Positions 40,718 to 53,298 of a stretch of DNA of 64,000 nucleotides are shown in pieces (the first letter of the stretch is position 1; each line of letters starts with the position of its first letter). A program made the position numbers and the translations under genes. The notes under the pieces were generated by a model, which was not told the origin of the DNA, did not search any database, and saw nothing but the letters and a program-made list of their open reading frames with translations. Origin of the DNA: Centroscyllium fabricii (Eukaryota); NCBI GenBank assembly GCA_051313645.2, contig JBNRSN020000005.1, forward strand, positions 108,996,001 to 109,060,000, read 5' to 3'.

Positions 40718-41118
40718 AGCCGTGGCTCAGTGGTAGCTCTCTCGCTTCAGAGTCAGGTGGTCATGGGTTCAAGATCTGCTTCCGAGACTTGCACATAATC
40801 TGGGTTGAAACTTCAGTGAAATACTAAGGAAATGCTGCAATGTCAGATGTGCGGTCTTTCAAAGGAGATGTTAAACCAAGGCCCCATTGGTGGTTGTGAA
40901 AGATTCTACGGCACTGGCCAACAATTATCGCTGAACTAACTCCCAAAACAGATGATCTGGTCTCTGCTATTTGTGGGACCTTGCTGTGCGTAAATTGGCG
41001 GCCATGTTTCAGACATTACAACAGTAACTAGACTTCAAAAGTACTTCATTAGCTGTAAAGCACTTTGGCACATCCCGAGGTCATGAAAGGCTCGATATAA
41101 ATGGAAGTTCTTTCTTTA
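40718..41118 (+). mobile_element. Older Deu-type SINE copy
   Basis: Colinear similarity to the 53352 copy. Confidence 0.75.
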
Positions 41119-41311
41119 TAACCAAATCAGTAAGTCATACTATTTCAGTACTATACTACTCAGTATTATACAGTTGAAGACAACTGTAACAAGGAGAGAT
41201 GTCTCAAGAATGTGATCCTGGTTGGTTGCTGGGAGTCACTCATTACATTAGACATATTAGCTGATGGTTAATATTAGCTCAATAATATTAAACACATACG
41301 AGCCCATTTAC

Positions 41312-41437
41312 CTTGAATAGGCAAAACCTGCGTGGATTAAATTTGTCCTTTCCCTTTCGGCCTTCCAAGGATAAGAATTTAATTAATTGCTCCATGAAAT
41401 GTGGGTCAGAGAAATGATCATAAATTACTTGCTCTGC
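41312..41437 (-). CDS. PSME4: PSME4 coding exon ([14 protein letters not shown]...[12 protein letters not shown])
   Basis: Manual translation; ttttgtag acceptor, gtaaat donor; 126 nt. Confidence 0.95.
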
Positions 41438-42347
41438 CTACAAAAGGAAGATATTTAGAAGTCATTAACCGTGCAGAAGGATACAGAGCTTCAGGCAAAT
41501 CACACCAAAAGATACAAAAACCACATTTAATTAACACGCAAGTAGTGGCATTGCCTCTGTAAAAAATCTTCCAATGAGGTGCTGCTGTATAACAAGCCCC
41601 AAATAACAAACCAGGATGGTAAGTTTAGCTGTAACACATGTCAATCAACATTTGAATGAACTCTACCAGAGCTTTCTTAGCTACAGTATCAACACCAGCC
41701 TTACAAATAGTGTATGCAGTTATGATAGCAGTCATGGAAAATTCCTAATACGTTGCCTTCAGGAACTATCAAGTAAGCCTATGCTGTCGTACTTGGGTGA
41801 GGTCCAAGGGGGTACATGTTGCTACATTCTAAACTTAAAAGGGAAATATTATTGAAGGAGGCAGAGAAGGAAGGAGTATTTTAATGTGAAGAAAGCAAGC
41901 AGCGGTTGTGCGGATTAACATTCTTCTCAGTATTAGGTGACTATTCGAGAGAATGTAGAACTTCAAAAACTGATCAACTACTGCTGACATTGACATCCAA
42001 CCTGTACTGAAATGTACACTGCTAAAGGCTTCCTGATTGCCATCCCAACAGCTGCCACAACATGTCAAGCTTCATTGAAGAAATTAAGTTGTAAAATCTC
42101 AGTTTAAAAAAATATATATATATACACACACACATGTTTTGAGATAGATATATGGCAAAATTACTTTGCATCATAAGCAAAGGAAGTCAGACTTTCCTTC
42201 TCCTTTAAGCAGTTTCTAAATGCCATCTGAAAAGCAAAAAGTAGCAGTACTATGCTCATCCCACAACTATTTAATAGTGATTACTGATTATTAATATGGT
42301 TGAAATCTTGTCTGATATTTTTTTCAGTTTATCTATCAGTGCAGGTA

Positions 42348-42815
42348 CAGGTTGTGCACCGAAAATCCGTGTCCCTAATAGCCGGCAGCTTCAGTCTGCC
42401 GGCACAAATTGCCCCGACTGCACTGCGCATGCGCAAGATGGCCGCCGCCATCGTGGCTTCAGCGAATGATCTGCGTATGCGTCGCCGGACGGTTAGCGCA
42501 TGCGCAGATAATTCAATACGGCCGCCGGTTATTTTTGACAGCTGAGCCCCGTGACTGAGGCGGACAGTCACTAGGCAACAGCTGTCAGCCTGAGTCCGGC
42601 TCGGCGGCAGCAGCAACCCGAAAGGCGATGGAGAGGGAAGGCGGACCCGGGCCCGATCTGCGCATGCGCGCGCCAGCTAACCACAATATTGTGCGCATAC
42701 GCGTGGCCATTTTGAATGGCGCGCATGCGCAGTGCCAAACCTCGTTCTCCCGGTTTTTTCTGTTTCCCGGCACGGGCCTGGTCCCGCCCGTGGCGGATTA
42801 ATGGTGCACAACCTG
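42348..42815 (-). mobile_element. MITE family B, inverted relative to 35090-35613
   Basis: Same TIRs and TA flanks; near-identical reverse complement, 56 bp shorter. Confidence 0.9.
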
Positions 42816-42969
42816 TATTAATGCTCAATGCGCTCTGCATCATTGATGATTCATAACCATCACACCTTCAGATTAACAATCAGCACCTCTTTATTGCAGG
42901 TTTAGCAAATCATTTTGAATTGCTTAATGGGAAATGCGGGCAAACTTTTACCACTAAAGCATTTCTTAC

Positions 42970-43039
42970 CTCTGACATTTCTTTTCTACTCCTTCCTAGT
43001 TTAGGTTGTTGGTCCACTGGGGCATAAACAAGCAGCTTC
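42970..43039 (-). CDS. PSME4: PSME4 coding exon (KLLVYAPVDQQPKLGRSRKEMSE)
   Basis: Manual translation; aattag acceptor, gtaaga donor; 70 nt, restores the phase between flanking exons. Confidence 0.93.
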
Positions 43040-43242
43040 CTAATTAGAGAGAAACTCATGAGATTTTCACATCTATCCATCTTTCAATTCATTTTAAAAA
43101 ACACTTTACAAGACTTCGGTTTCACTACAACATGCTCTGATATAGAAATGCTAAGATACCAGACACGACGTCATGCTTTGCTAGAACAATAATGACACTG
43201 ACATATCTAATGATATAGCTCGTTTTAATGCATTATTTTGAC

Positions 43243-45060
43243 ATAGAGTCGTAGAGTTTTACAGCACAGAAAGAGGCCCTTCGGCCCATCGTGTCCATGC
43301 CGGCCATCAAGCCCTGTCTATTCTAATCCCATTATCCTGCATTTGGTCCGTAGCCTTGTATGCTATGGCACTTCAAATGCTCATCCAATTGCTTCTTGAA
43401 TGTTGTGAGGGTTCCTGCCTCCACCACCCTTTCAGGCAGTGAGTTCCAGATTCCAACTACCCTCTGGGTGAAAAAGTTCTTCCTCAAATCCCCTCTAAAC
43501 CTCCCGCCCCTTACCTTGAAACTATGTCCCCTTGTTATTGACCCCTCTACCAAGGGAAAAAGTTCCTTTCTATTGACCCTATCTATGCCCCTCATAATTT
43601 TGTACACCTCAATCAGGTCCCCCCTCAGCCTTCTCTGCTCCAAGGAAAACAACCCCAGCCCGCCCAGTCTTTCTTCATAGCTGAAGCGCTCCAGCCTAGG
43701 TAACATCCTGGTGAATCTCCTCTGTACCCTCTCCAAAGCAATCACAGCCTTCCTATAGTGTGGTGACCAGAACTGTACACACTACTCCAGCTGTGGCCTT
43801 ACCAGCATTTTGTACAGCTCCATCACAACCTCCCTGCTCTTATATTCTATGCCTTGGCTAATGAAGGCAAGTATCCCATATGCCTTTTTAACCACCATAT
43901 CTACCTGTCCTGCTGCCTTCAGGGATCTATGTACATGCACACCAAGGTCCCTCTGATCCTCTGTCTTTCCTAGGGTCTTATCATTCATTGTGTATTCCCT
44001 TGCCTTGTTAGTCCTTCCAAAATGCATCACCTCACACTTTTCAGGGTTAAATTCCATTTGCCACTGCTCCGCCCATCTGACCAACCCATCTATATCGCCC
44101 TGCAGAATGAGGCTTCCCTTCTCGCTATCTACCACCCCACCAATTTTTGTGTCATCAGCGAGCTTACTGATCATACCTTCTACATTCATATCCAAATCAT
44201 TAATGTAGACTACAAACAGCAAGGGACCCAGCACCGATCCCTGCAGTACCCCACTGGACACAGGCTCCCAGTCACAAAAACAACCTTCGACCTTCACCCT
44301 CTGCCTTCTGCCACTAAGCCAGTTTTGGACCCACTGTGCCAAGGATCCCATGGGCTCTTACCTTCTTGACCAGTCTCCCATGTGGGGCTTTATCAAAAGC
44401 CTTACTGAACTCCATGTATACCACATCCACTGCACTACCCTCATCCACACGCCTCGTCACCCCCTCGAAAAATTCAATCAAGTTGTTCACACATGATCTT
44501 CCCTTGACAAAGCCATGCTGACTAACCTTGATTAATCCTTGCCTCTCCAAGTGAATGCTAATTATATCCCTCAGAATTTTTTCCAATAATTTCCCTACCA
44601 CTGATGTTAGGCTCACTGGCCTGTAATTCCCTGGTTTATCCCTACTACCTTACTTGAATAATGGTACTACGTTAGCTGTCCTCCAGTCCTCTGGCACATC
44701 CCCTGTGTCCAGAGAGGTTCTGAAAATTTGTGTCAAGAGTCCCTGCAATCTCTTCCTTTGCCTCCCACAGCAGCCTGGGATACATCTCATCCGGGCCTGG
44801 GGATTTATCCACTTTTAAGCCTGCTAAAACCACTAGGACCGCCTCCCTCTCAATGGTAATATGTTCAAGTATGTCACAGTCCCCCTGCCTGATTTCAAAG
44901 CCTACGTTGTCCTTCTCCGTAGTGAACACAGATATAAAAAATTCATTTCAAACCCACCTACATCTTCTGGCTCTACACACAGATTGCCATTTTTGTCCCT
45001 AATAGGCCCTATTCTTTCCCTAGTAATCCTCTTGCCCTTAATATACTTATAAAACATCGT
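43243..45060 (-). mobile_element. CR1 RT-to-3' fragment with frameshifts
   Basis: KSPGPD, QHGFVKGRSC, QGSVLGP, ADDTKIG, NFFTQRVV in successive ORFs. Confidence 0.92.
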
Positions 45061-45291
45061 TTTACTTGATTTTGAAGTATTCAGCATTTGTAATAGGATA
45101 ATAGCGAAATATTTTTAATTCTTCAAATATGGAAAACACATCTAACTCTTCAAATATAGAAACCAAAAAGTACTTCAGTCACCTGCACAGATTAATTTCA
45201 CAGAGCATGAACATTTAAGGATTTAAATGAAAAATATTCCTATAACTTACATTTCCCAGAATACAATACACCGATCTTATTCTCCACTTAC

Positions 45292-45442
45292 CGAGGCCAT
45301 ATGTAATACCCACAGTGCGTCTTTTCCACAAATAAACAGGCTTCCCATTCATCCTTAGTCCTTAGTAAATTGGAGCTATCGTAATGGAGCCACTTGTTAT
45401 CAGGCCTATCTCCTGGCTGGATTGTTGTTGAATAAGAGCCAC
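45292..45442 (-). CDS. PSME4: PSME4 coding exon ([20 protein letters not shown]...[13 protein letters not shown])
   Basis: Manual translation; actag acceptor, gtaagt donor; 151 nt. Confidence 0.94.
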
Positions 45443-45732
45443 CTAGTTAGGAAATGCACACAATACAAAAACACATAGTATTCATGAGAAGAGGCTTAAA
45501 ATAAAAATGAGGAAACATTAGGGTCAAAATATTTGTTTCAAATTTTCACTGATAAACACAACTGGAAAAAAACAATCATAAATGAGCACGTGTAACATGC
45601 TTGGGAGAAGCAGGTGACTGGACCCATGGTTCCCAAAACTTTCCACCAATGGGGTTTTCCTCACCTCAAGTCTGGGCTTGTTGTACACCAACTGATAGAG
45701 ATTGATTGCTAGAAGTAGTCAACAACTCCATT

Positions 45733-45963
45733 ATAGAAACATAGAAGATAGGAGCAGGAGTAGGCCATTCAGCCCTTCGAGCCTGCTCCACCATTCAATG
45801 AGATCATGGCTGATCATCCAAACCCCAGTCCCCATATCCCTCGATCCCTATCGAGCCTGCACCGACACATATCCCACCCTATCCCCGTAACCCCACATAT
45901 TCAATCCCCCTAACACTAAGGGTCAATTTTATCATGGCCAATCAACCTAACCCGCACATCTTT
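45733..45963 (-). mobile_element. 5'-truncated HE1-like SINE
   Basis: Matches the 3' half of 2425-2822 in reverse. Confidence 0.85.
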
Positions 45964-46887
45964 GTATCATGTGCGGGTTAGGTTGATTATCGTCGTATCA
46001 TGCGACTACCAGGATGGTAGACGGACCTTTGTCTTTTTCGTATAGCATGTGCTACATTCTTATCATCAGAGTAGTAATACATTCAGCATACCAAATCATG
46101 TTCACAAATTCTACTTTTGTTGTATGATCAGTGTTTGAAACATCTTTAGTCACATCAGTTTTAATACAGTGAGCCTGACAATGCTAAATAAAAACTTTGA
46201 ACAGCCAGTAAAATAAATGTTTTTAACAAAACATTTGCAAATAAATTTGTTAAAGAGCTTTTGTGATATGGATGCTGGAAATACAGCCAACAATACCAAA
46301 GCTTCCAAGTAGTGCCAAGTGTGGGTGGACTAGCAGAAGCACAAATACCATGCCAAGTAAGCACAAGCAAGAGAATTTAGAGCTGGGATCACAAAAGCTT
46401 TCAACAGGAAAACCCAATAGTGGACAGTTCCACCCAAGAATAGTCTGTGTATACAGTGGTGGAAATTAAAATCAAAAGCAAGACAAGTTTCATGTTGGAA
46501 GCACCTTCTACAGAGATTTGAATGTGTCCAAAGACACCATGTATGGCTCATATTTAAATATTCAAATTTCAATTTAGCTGTACACGTAATGATAGTCATG
46601 TTCTTTTAGGTCAATTCTCTTTACAAATGAAAGCAAATTCAAAAACTATGTTGCAACTTTTACCCCACAAAGTCAGTGACAAATAAAACATCTGGACCAA
46701 ATTGCGAGGTTTCCAGAATTATTAGAACTTGTGCTATACCTTATGAACATTCTAAGTTAGAAAAGGGCACAATTTGTTCAAAATACTTTCAGTACTTAAA
46801 AATGTTACATACTCTATAGTAAAAGCTTTAACTTTTAAACAGAACTGTCATCAAGGAATTAATCACTGAAAGATCAATTCTACTTAC

Positions 46888-46969
46888 TAACAGCATATGG
46901 ATCAATCTCTATTTTTTTGTGAGGTCTTTTCAACTGCTTCATGATGCCAGCCACAGCAGATATTGCCAC
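46888..46969 (-). CDS. PSME4: PSME4 coding exon (VAISAVAGIMKQLKRPHKKIEIDPYAV)
   Basis: Manual translation; ctgtag acceptor, gtaagt donor; 82 nt. Confidence 0.94.
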
Positions 46970-48010
46970 CTACAGATGAAAACAAATCGATTCATGCATT
47001 GGTCAAATGTGTGATTTTTTTTGGGAGTACCACATAAGACAGGCATTCTGGCTGGTAATTCTTAAGACCCCAAAAATATATCATGTGTGTGTGTAATCTA
47101 AGGTATTCGAAGATACCATCGGAATCCCTGGTTGAAATTACGGCTTTGCAGTCACTCCCAGTTCCATTTTCTCCATATAAAATTTGCTGTGGCGTTTACT
47201 CCATTTCGGATTTTTTTTTTTTTACCATAAGATGCCTCATGATGAAAGTTGATGGCTGTCACCCTCCACATGGTTAATGTATGTATAATAACACAAACAA
47301 TGAAGGATCAAGATTTATGACAGATCAATTCATCAGGCAACAATCAAACTCACTTTAATGGAGAAAGCAACTGATAGGAAGTACTCCGGTACCTCTCTAG
47401 CTCGATTGAGAGGGGAAGACAGCACCTTTAATTATCTGCTGGACTTAAACGATAACTTGGATTGGGCTGGCTGCATTTTTCACTGTTTTCAAAGATGCAA
47501 AGTATACAAGATATAGTAAAACTGCACATAACAAATACACAGCAATCATTCCTTCATTTTTTCTTCTTCTAGAGCAGCTTTGTGTGAAATTTTGACCACC
47601 TTGGGCTGGCCCTCCACATCTATTGGAGATTTTTTTGCTCCTTCTACTTCACACTCTTTAGACAAAGTTAATCTGGTCATTGCCCTCCTTTTGTGCCTCC
47701 TGACTCAAATGGATTTTTTTAAGTGCCTTTTGCCAAGAAAAGGAGGACAATTTAGATCTTTTATTTAATTTTCTTTTCAATCAATTTAACTAGTGAGCTG
47801 CAGTTCAAAGACACCTGTAGGTAATCAGGAGAGTGGAAGGACATTTGCTCTGCAATCTCTGAAGTCAACACTAGTAACTGAGATTTAGGCGGTCAGGAAA
47901 TGATCTTCCATTTTACTTGTACAATGATAATAAACATCTCAACTGATCTTGATTTAAAAGGATTATCAATTCACCAATACCCAAGATCCATACATGGCCT
48001 GAATATATTA

Positions 48011-48982
48011 CAGGTACACAATCCCTTATCCGCAATTTCGAAAACCAAAAAGCTCCGAATGTTTTTTCGGAGCATCACATGACCCAAATTGCACCAAACA
48101 TGACCCGTTTTGAAAGCTAATTTGAATCATACCGGTGTAGTATTACATTCCCATTCCATCCCTTGCACTGCTCGATAGGAAATGTATTTCTTGCCCAGTA
48201 TATCAGGAAATGTATTCCTTGCCCAGTATATCAGGAAATGTATTTCTTGCCCAGTATATCAATGAATGAACTTCTATCACGGTCCAGATAGTACTTGTAC
48301 CAGACTGAAATTTTATACGGGCTGCAATTTATTACTTTGAGTAGACCATTTGAATTTGTTTTCCTCGGTTTTATCCCTATCTCACTCGGCCTCCCCCGCT
48401 GCTCCCCCGGCGGGGTGAGCCCTCCCTCAGCTGAGCCCGGCACTTCCCTCCAGTGCCGGGCTCGTTCTGCGGCTCCCGGTCCCCCGGCGGGGTGAGCCCT
48501 CCCTCAGCTGAGCCCGGTACTTCCCTCCAGTGCCGGGCTCGTTCTGCGGCTCCCGGTCCCTCGGCGGCCCCGCAGGGCTCTGGCCGCGCTCGGCCCCTCC
48601 CCTTTAATGGGGGGAGGACGGCCTGCCGTTCCGCGGGCTGCCGCTGCGGCCTCCCTCGCGCAGTGCCCGAGCCCCGGTATCATAAGAATAGCGGAAGTTT
48701 TTGGTAAGAAACGTCATCGACCTGAAACGTCAACCCTGTTCCTCTCTCCACCGATGCTGCCTGGCCTTCTGAGTTTCTCCAGCGTTTTCCGTTGTTATTG
48801 CACCTGAATCAATGCCTTGCACTTAACATAAGAAGCCCACAATCTCCTACCATTTCAGAGGCGCAATCGGCTGCCAACACGGCAATGCGCATGCGCACTG
48901 GGCACCATTCCAAAAACCGAAAAATCCCGAAAACCGAAACCCATCTGGTCCCGAGGGTTTCGGATAAAGGGTTGTGTGCCTG
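48011..48982 (-). mobile_element. Long MITE family A copy with composite interior
   Basis: Same TIRs and TA flanks; subterminal regions match 29240 and 16359 in reverse. Confidence 0.88.
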
Positions 48983-49681
48983 TATTGGCTTTCCTTGTGC
49001 AGCTATATTTCACTGTTATGCTAGTCTGCACCTCAACATATAAAGTACAGATGCAGACAATATGGAAAATGGTTCAGTAGGAGAGTTATGTATTCTTTCC
49101 ATCTGTAACAGAGACAGCAATATTTTGAAACATGGCTCCTTTCCCAAGGCTACTGTCAGCAGCTATCTTTTGTAATCAGGTGTTTCAAAAAGCAAACCAA
49201 CCATGTAACCATTTACCTGGGTAGGCATATTTTCCCTTCATGCCTCTTATTCAGCATCATATTTATTTACATTTCCTTTGCCATTGTCCGATTGATAATT
49301 GATGTCTTGTAATAATTCACTTACTTTAATTGATGCTAATCATGCAACCTCCCTGTTGGAATATTGAGTGTTTTATGCCTGCAGTTTCCAGTTTCTTTTA
49401 CTTCTTAAAATGTTAGTCATTATAAAGATCTCCTGATTTGTAAAACAAATTTGATTTTGAACTTTAGTACCACAACCTCCTGTAAACCCACCATTTTGAT
49501 TCTGAAACTTGCCAAAGACAATCATCTGAGGGTCCCATGGTGATTCATCCTTCATATTTCTTGCAGTTGATGAGGGACACCATAGACTTGAAAATTAAGT
49601 ACTAAAAATCTAATTCTTCTCTTCTCAGTCATTAGAAATGTGAAATTTACAACAACAAAAACAAACTTCCTAAAAACTTAC

Positions 49682-49811
49682 CTTCCGCACTACTAAAGCA
49701 TCATGATTGAGGCTCTGTATGAAGAATTTGATTCCTCTCGTAGGCAGTGGCAAGTCATCTCTCAGCAACAGGGAGAGAAAGCCAATGGCTATTTGTTCAA
49801 ATTTCCATGGT
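49682..49811 (-). CDS. PSME4: PSME4 coding exon ([19 protein letters not shown]...NHDALVVRK)
   Basis: Manual translation; tttttag acceptor, gtaagt donor; 130 nt. Confidence 0.95.
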
Positions 49812-50779
49812 CTAAAAATAAATCAAAGTTACCTGATCAAAAATACAACTCCTTTGAAAGATTTGTTCAAGGATGTTAATGTTTGATGGCAAACATACAA
49901 GTACTGATGAAAACTTTGCAGTGTTAAAATGCCCACTTCTGTACATCAGTTCAGTGGCAAATGTTCCATTTCACAACAATTTGATCATCAATCCTGAAGC
50001 CTCATTGCAGTCAAGACTCTCGTACTGTATAATGTATAATGATGCATAATAGTTCTTATTTTGGACATTACATGAGATACATCAGACCATGCAACAAAGA
50101 CAGTACATTTCCCACTGGGTCAGAATGCAACAGGCCTGGCATCATTCTTGTGATTCCTCTGCCTATTCTTCCACCTAAGAACACTATCAGGATGAGTTAC
50201 CAGCATAGGTATTAGAAAAATGTAACATTTTACTATAGTGGAAAAGTGTAGGGAAAACTGCATCTTAATGTGATGATTTTGCACCTCAATGTGGTATTTC
50301 CTCCATTGCCACATTTCCTTCTGCTTTTGCTTCCTTACCTTTCTTCTCCTGGGGGCAAAAACTCATTCTGGAATAGTTCCACAACCAGCAGCACTATTCC
50401 AGACCCTCACACAAAGCGTCATTCTTCATATATGAACCTGACCATTGAATGAAGGGAGGCTAAATGACTGTTGGTCCATCAAAGCTGAGCCAGATACTAT
50501 CCTCACCCAGTGTGCACATTGATGTGCTTTGAGCAGAGGTCATTGGGCTGCATCAGGAGTCGGAACGAAGTGGGTGCACTCTAGTTGTTGATCACCCCCA
50601 TGTGTAAACCCTATTGCTGGCCTGTACAGGTCAACCGAGCCTAGTCTGTGCAACCAGTGGCAACCAGTTAACCTTTGCCACCAGTGGCACTTTTCCTCTG
50701 GACACAGCCAGCAAAACTCTCCGCTGAGGTTCACTATATATACTACCTGCTTCTGAACTTCCAATGAAAAACTGTCCAA

Positions 50780-50968
50780 CATAGAATCCCTACAGTGCAG
50801 ATAAGAGGCCATTTCGGCCCGTCGAGCCTGCACCGACACATATCCCACCCTATCCCCATAACCCCACATATTTAATCCCCCTAACTCCAAGGGTCAATTT
50901 ATTCTGGCCAATCAACCTAGCCCCTGCGCTGTGAGGCAACAGTGCTAACCACTATGCCACCGTGCTGC
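50780..50968 (-). mobile_element. Internally deleted HE1-like SINE variant
   Basis: Reverse tRNA head (gtgctaaccactatgccaccgtg) joined to the 3' part; V-domain absent. Confidence 0.75.
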
Positions 50969-51103
50969 GTTAAATGATTTTCCATCCAATCCACCTTCCC
51001 CTTATGAAAACAGCCTAGATAGTAGAAACAGGACATGCTGTGAAGCTGAAATACAATGCTATCAAACTAAAAAGAGGTTACCGTACAGTTTTAAAAAACT
51101 TAC

Positions 51104-51157
51104 AAGTTTCGCTGGTCAAGCAAATCCAACAAGATACCGATTAGCTTCTCATAATTC
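51104..51157 (-). CDS. PSME4: PSME4 coding exon (NYEKLIGILLDLLDQRN)
   Basis: Manual translation; gtttag acceptor, gtaagt donor; 54 nt, phase-consistent. Confidence 0.9.
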
Positions 51158-51252
51158 CTAAACAATAAAAAGAATTATCTTAATTATGAAGAAAAACATT
51201 AAATGTACCCCTAAACTTTACTCAAACTCAACCCAGATTATCCCCTACTTAC

Positions 51253-51389
51253 TGCAAGGACTCATTATCTTTTGCTTTTTGGCTCTGGGCTCCATTTTCA
51301 ATCTCTTCAGCAGTGAGAAGAGGCAAACCAGAATCTGGGTTTTTTGCCTGGGACAAGGATACAGAAAGCTCCACACAGCGATCTGAAAT
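51253..51389 (-). CDS. PSME4: PSME4 coding exon (ISDRCVELSVSL...KAKDNESL)
   Basis: Manual translation; gctcag acceptor, gtaagt donor; 137 nt; a divergent region, but phases fit both sides. Confidence 0.88.
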
Positions 51390-52259
51390 CTGAGCAGAGG
51401 AGGTATAGGTTTACTGCTGAATAGCCATTAAAATCTCAAGAAAATAGTCAGTCCAAAATATCAATGGAGCTACCAACTGTGAATCTGTAAAAATACGAGC
51501 AGTTTCTACTGATTGGGTAATGTCCTGGACTACTCTTACATGCATTTATTGTCCATTCAATGTACAATTACAAATCAAAATGTGATCATTCAAATAACCA
51601 ACAGAAAGTGGAGATCAAGTGCACAAAACAGCATCTGAACACCTAAAGTTGAGAAGGCGGTTTTCCCCCCTTCTCCAAGCTCCACATGACTTGACATGAA
51701 ATCACATGGATTTTTGGGTTCAGATCATTATTTAGGCTAGATGCATTCCTGGCATAGTCCTGCCCCTGACATGGTCTTACAACTAGAAATGTTTGTGGAA
51801 ATCCAAATGCTGCTTCAGGTCAGAGGTCTACAGCAGTGGTAAGGGCCTCTATCCAAAAACAGCAGCCAGAGAACTTCAACCCTGAAGATGATGGCCTTTA
51901 CTTGTAAGGAAATACTCATCTTTTTTCTGGCTCCATCTTCTTGCTGCTGACTCCTTCAGATCCTCAAATCTGAGAGGGTCTGAACACAGAACCTAGGGCC
52001 CACTTCTTCCTGGCAGCCCTCCAAACGGGCAGCTGCTTTGTGTTGGGGAGGAAACTACTGTCTGCCTCATTTGCATGGCTGCGCTGCTTAGAGTATAACT
52101 GCTCCCACTGCCGGTACTCCCCAGGAAATTTGAACAACATAAAGGGGGCAGAGACCTGGCTTCATGCTTGAAAGCTGAGCATTCCCCAGACTCAAAGGAG
52201 AGGAAAACTGCCCCCGTTAACATTTTGTGTGCCCAATTACAGCATTAATAATTACTTAC

Positions 52260-52469
52260 TCCAAAATTTAAGCCAATGGTCTCATACTGTCTATGTATCT
52301 TCTCTGCAAGATCATCAAACAGACGAACTATGGACGGTTTCTCCAGAAAGATTTCTTTGCTGAGCCCTGAAGAGACTATAGCCGGCCATGTTGCAACAAT
52401 GCAGTCCCAGTCATGGAGGTTGGCCAAGCAGACTCCATTGTGGTTTCCAAGAAGGCAATACAGAGCACC
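52260..52469 (-). CDS. PSME4: PSME4 coding exon ([23 protein letters not shown]...YETIGLNFG)
   Basis: Overlaps ORF 52245..52427; actag acceptor, gtaagt donor; 210 nt. Confidence 0.96.
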
Positions 52470-52751
52470 CTAGTTTAAAATATGCAAAGAAAAGAGAAAT
52501 ACTATTAAAAAACACATTTGAAACTGCTAATGAGCAAATCTGGAATAACAGAACAAAAAGTCAATCATTACAAAGAAACAAGTTTCAAATTGGAAGCAAG
52601 CAAACATTTCACAATTTAAATTTTATTTATTCATTCATGGGAGGCAGAGTTCTGGATGAGCTGCAGCTTGTACAAGAGGCTGGGATAGAAAACGTGTGAA
52701 GGAAGTCAAGCCTCGGAGTGACAGGCATAGATGAGAGTTTTGGCAGCAGAA

Positions 52752-53298
52752 TCATAGAGTAGTACAGCACAGAAGGAGGCCATTCAGCCCATCAAGTCTG
52801 TGCCGGCTCTTTCGAAGAGCATTCCAGTTAGTCCCACTCCCTGCTCTTTCCCCATATCCCTGCAATTTTTTCTCCTTCAAGTATTTATCCAATTCCCTTT
52901 TGAAGGGTACTATTGAATCTGTATCCACCAGTATATCAGGTAGTACCTTCCAAATCCTAACCACTCTTTGCATAAAAACATTTTTGTCCTCATGTTGCCT
53001 CTTGTTCTTTTGCCAATCACCTTAAATCTGTGCCCTCTCATTATCGACCCTTCAGCCATTGGAAATAGTTTCTCTTTATTTACTCTATCTAAACCCTTCA
53101 TGATTTTAAACAATTGTGTCAAATCTCCTCTTAGCCTTGTCTGCTCTAAGGAGAACAGCCCCAGCTTCTCCAGTCCATCCATGTAACTGTAATCCCTCAT
53201 CCCTGGAACCATGTTAGTAAATCTCTTCTGTACCCTCGCCAAAGCCTTCTTGTCCTTCCTGAAGTGTGGTGCCCAGAATTGGACACAATACTCCAGCA
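52752..53298 (-). mobile_element. CR1 3' fragment
   Basis: [26 protein letters not shown]. Confidence 0.88.
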
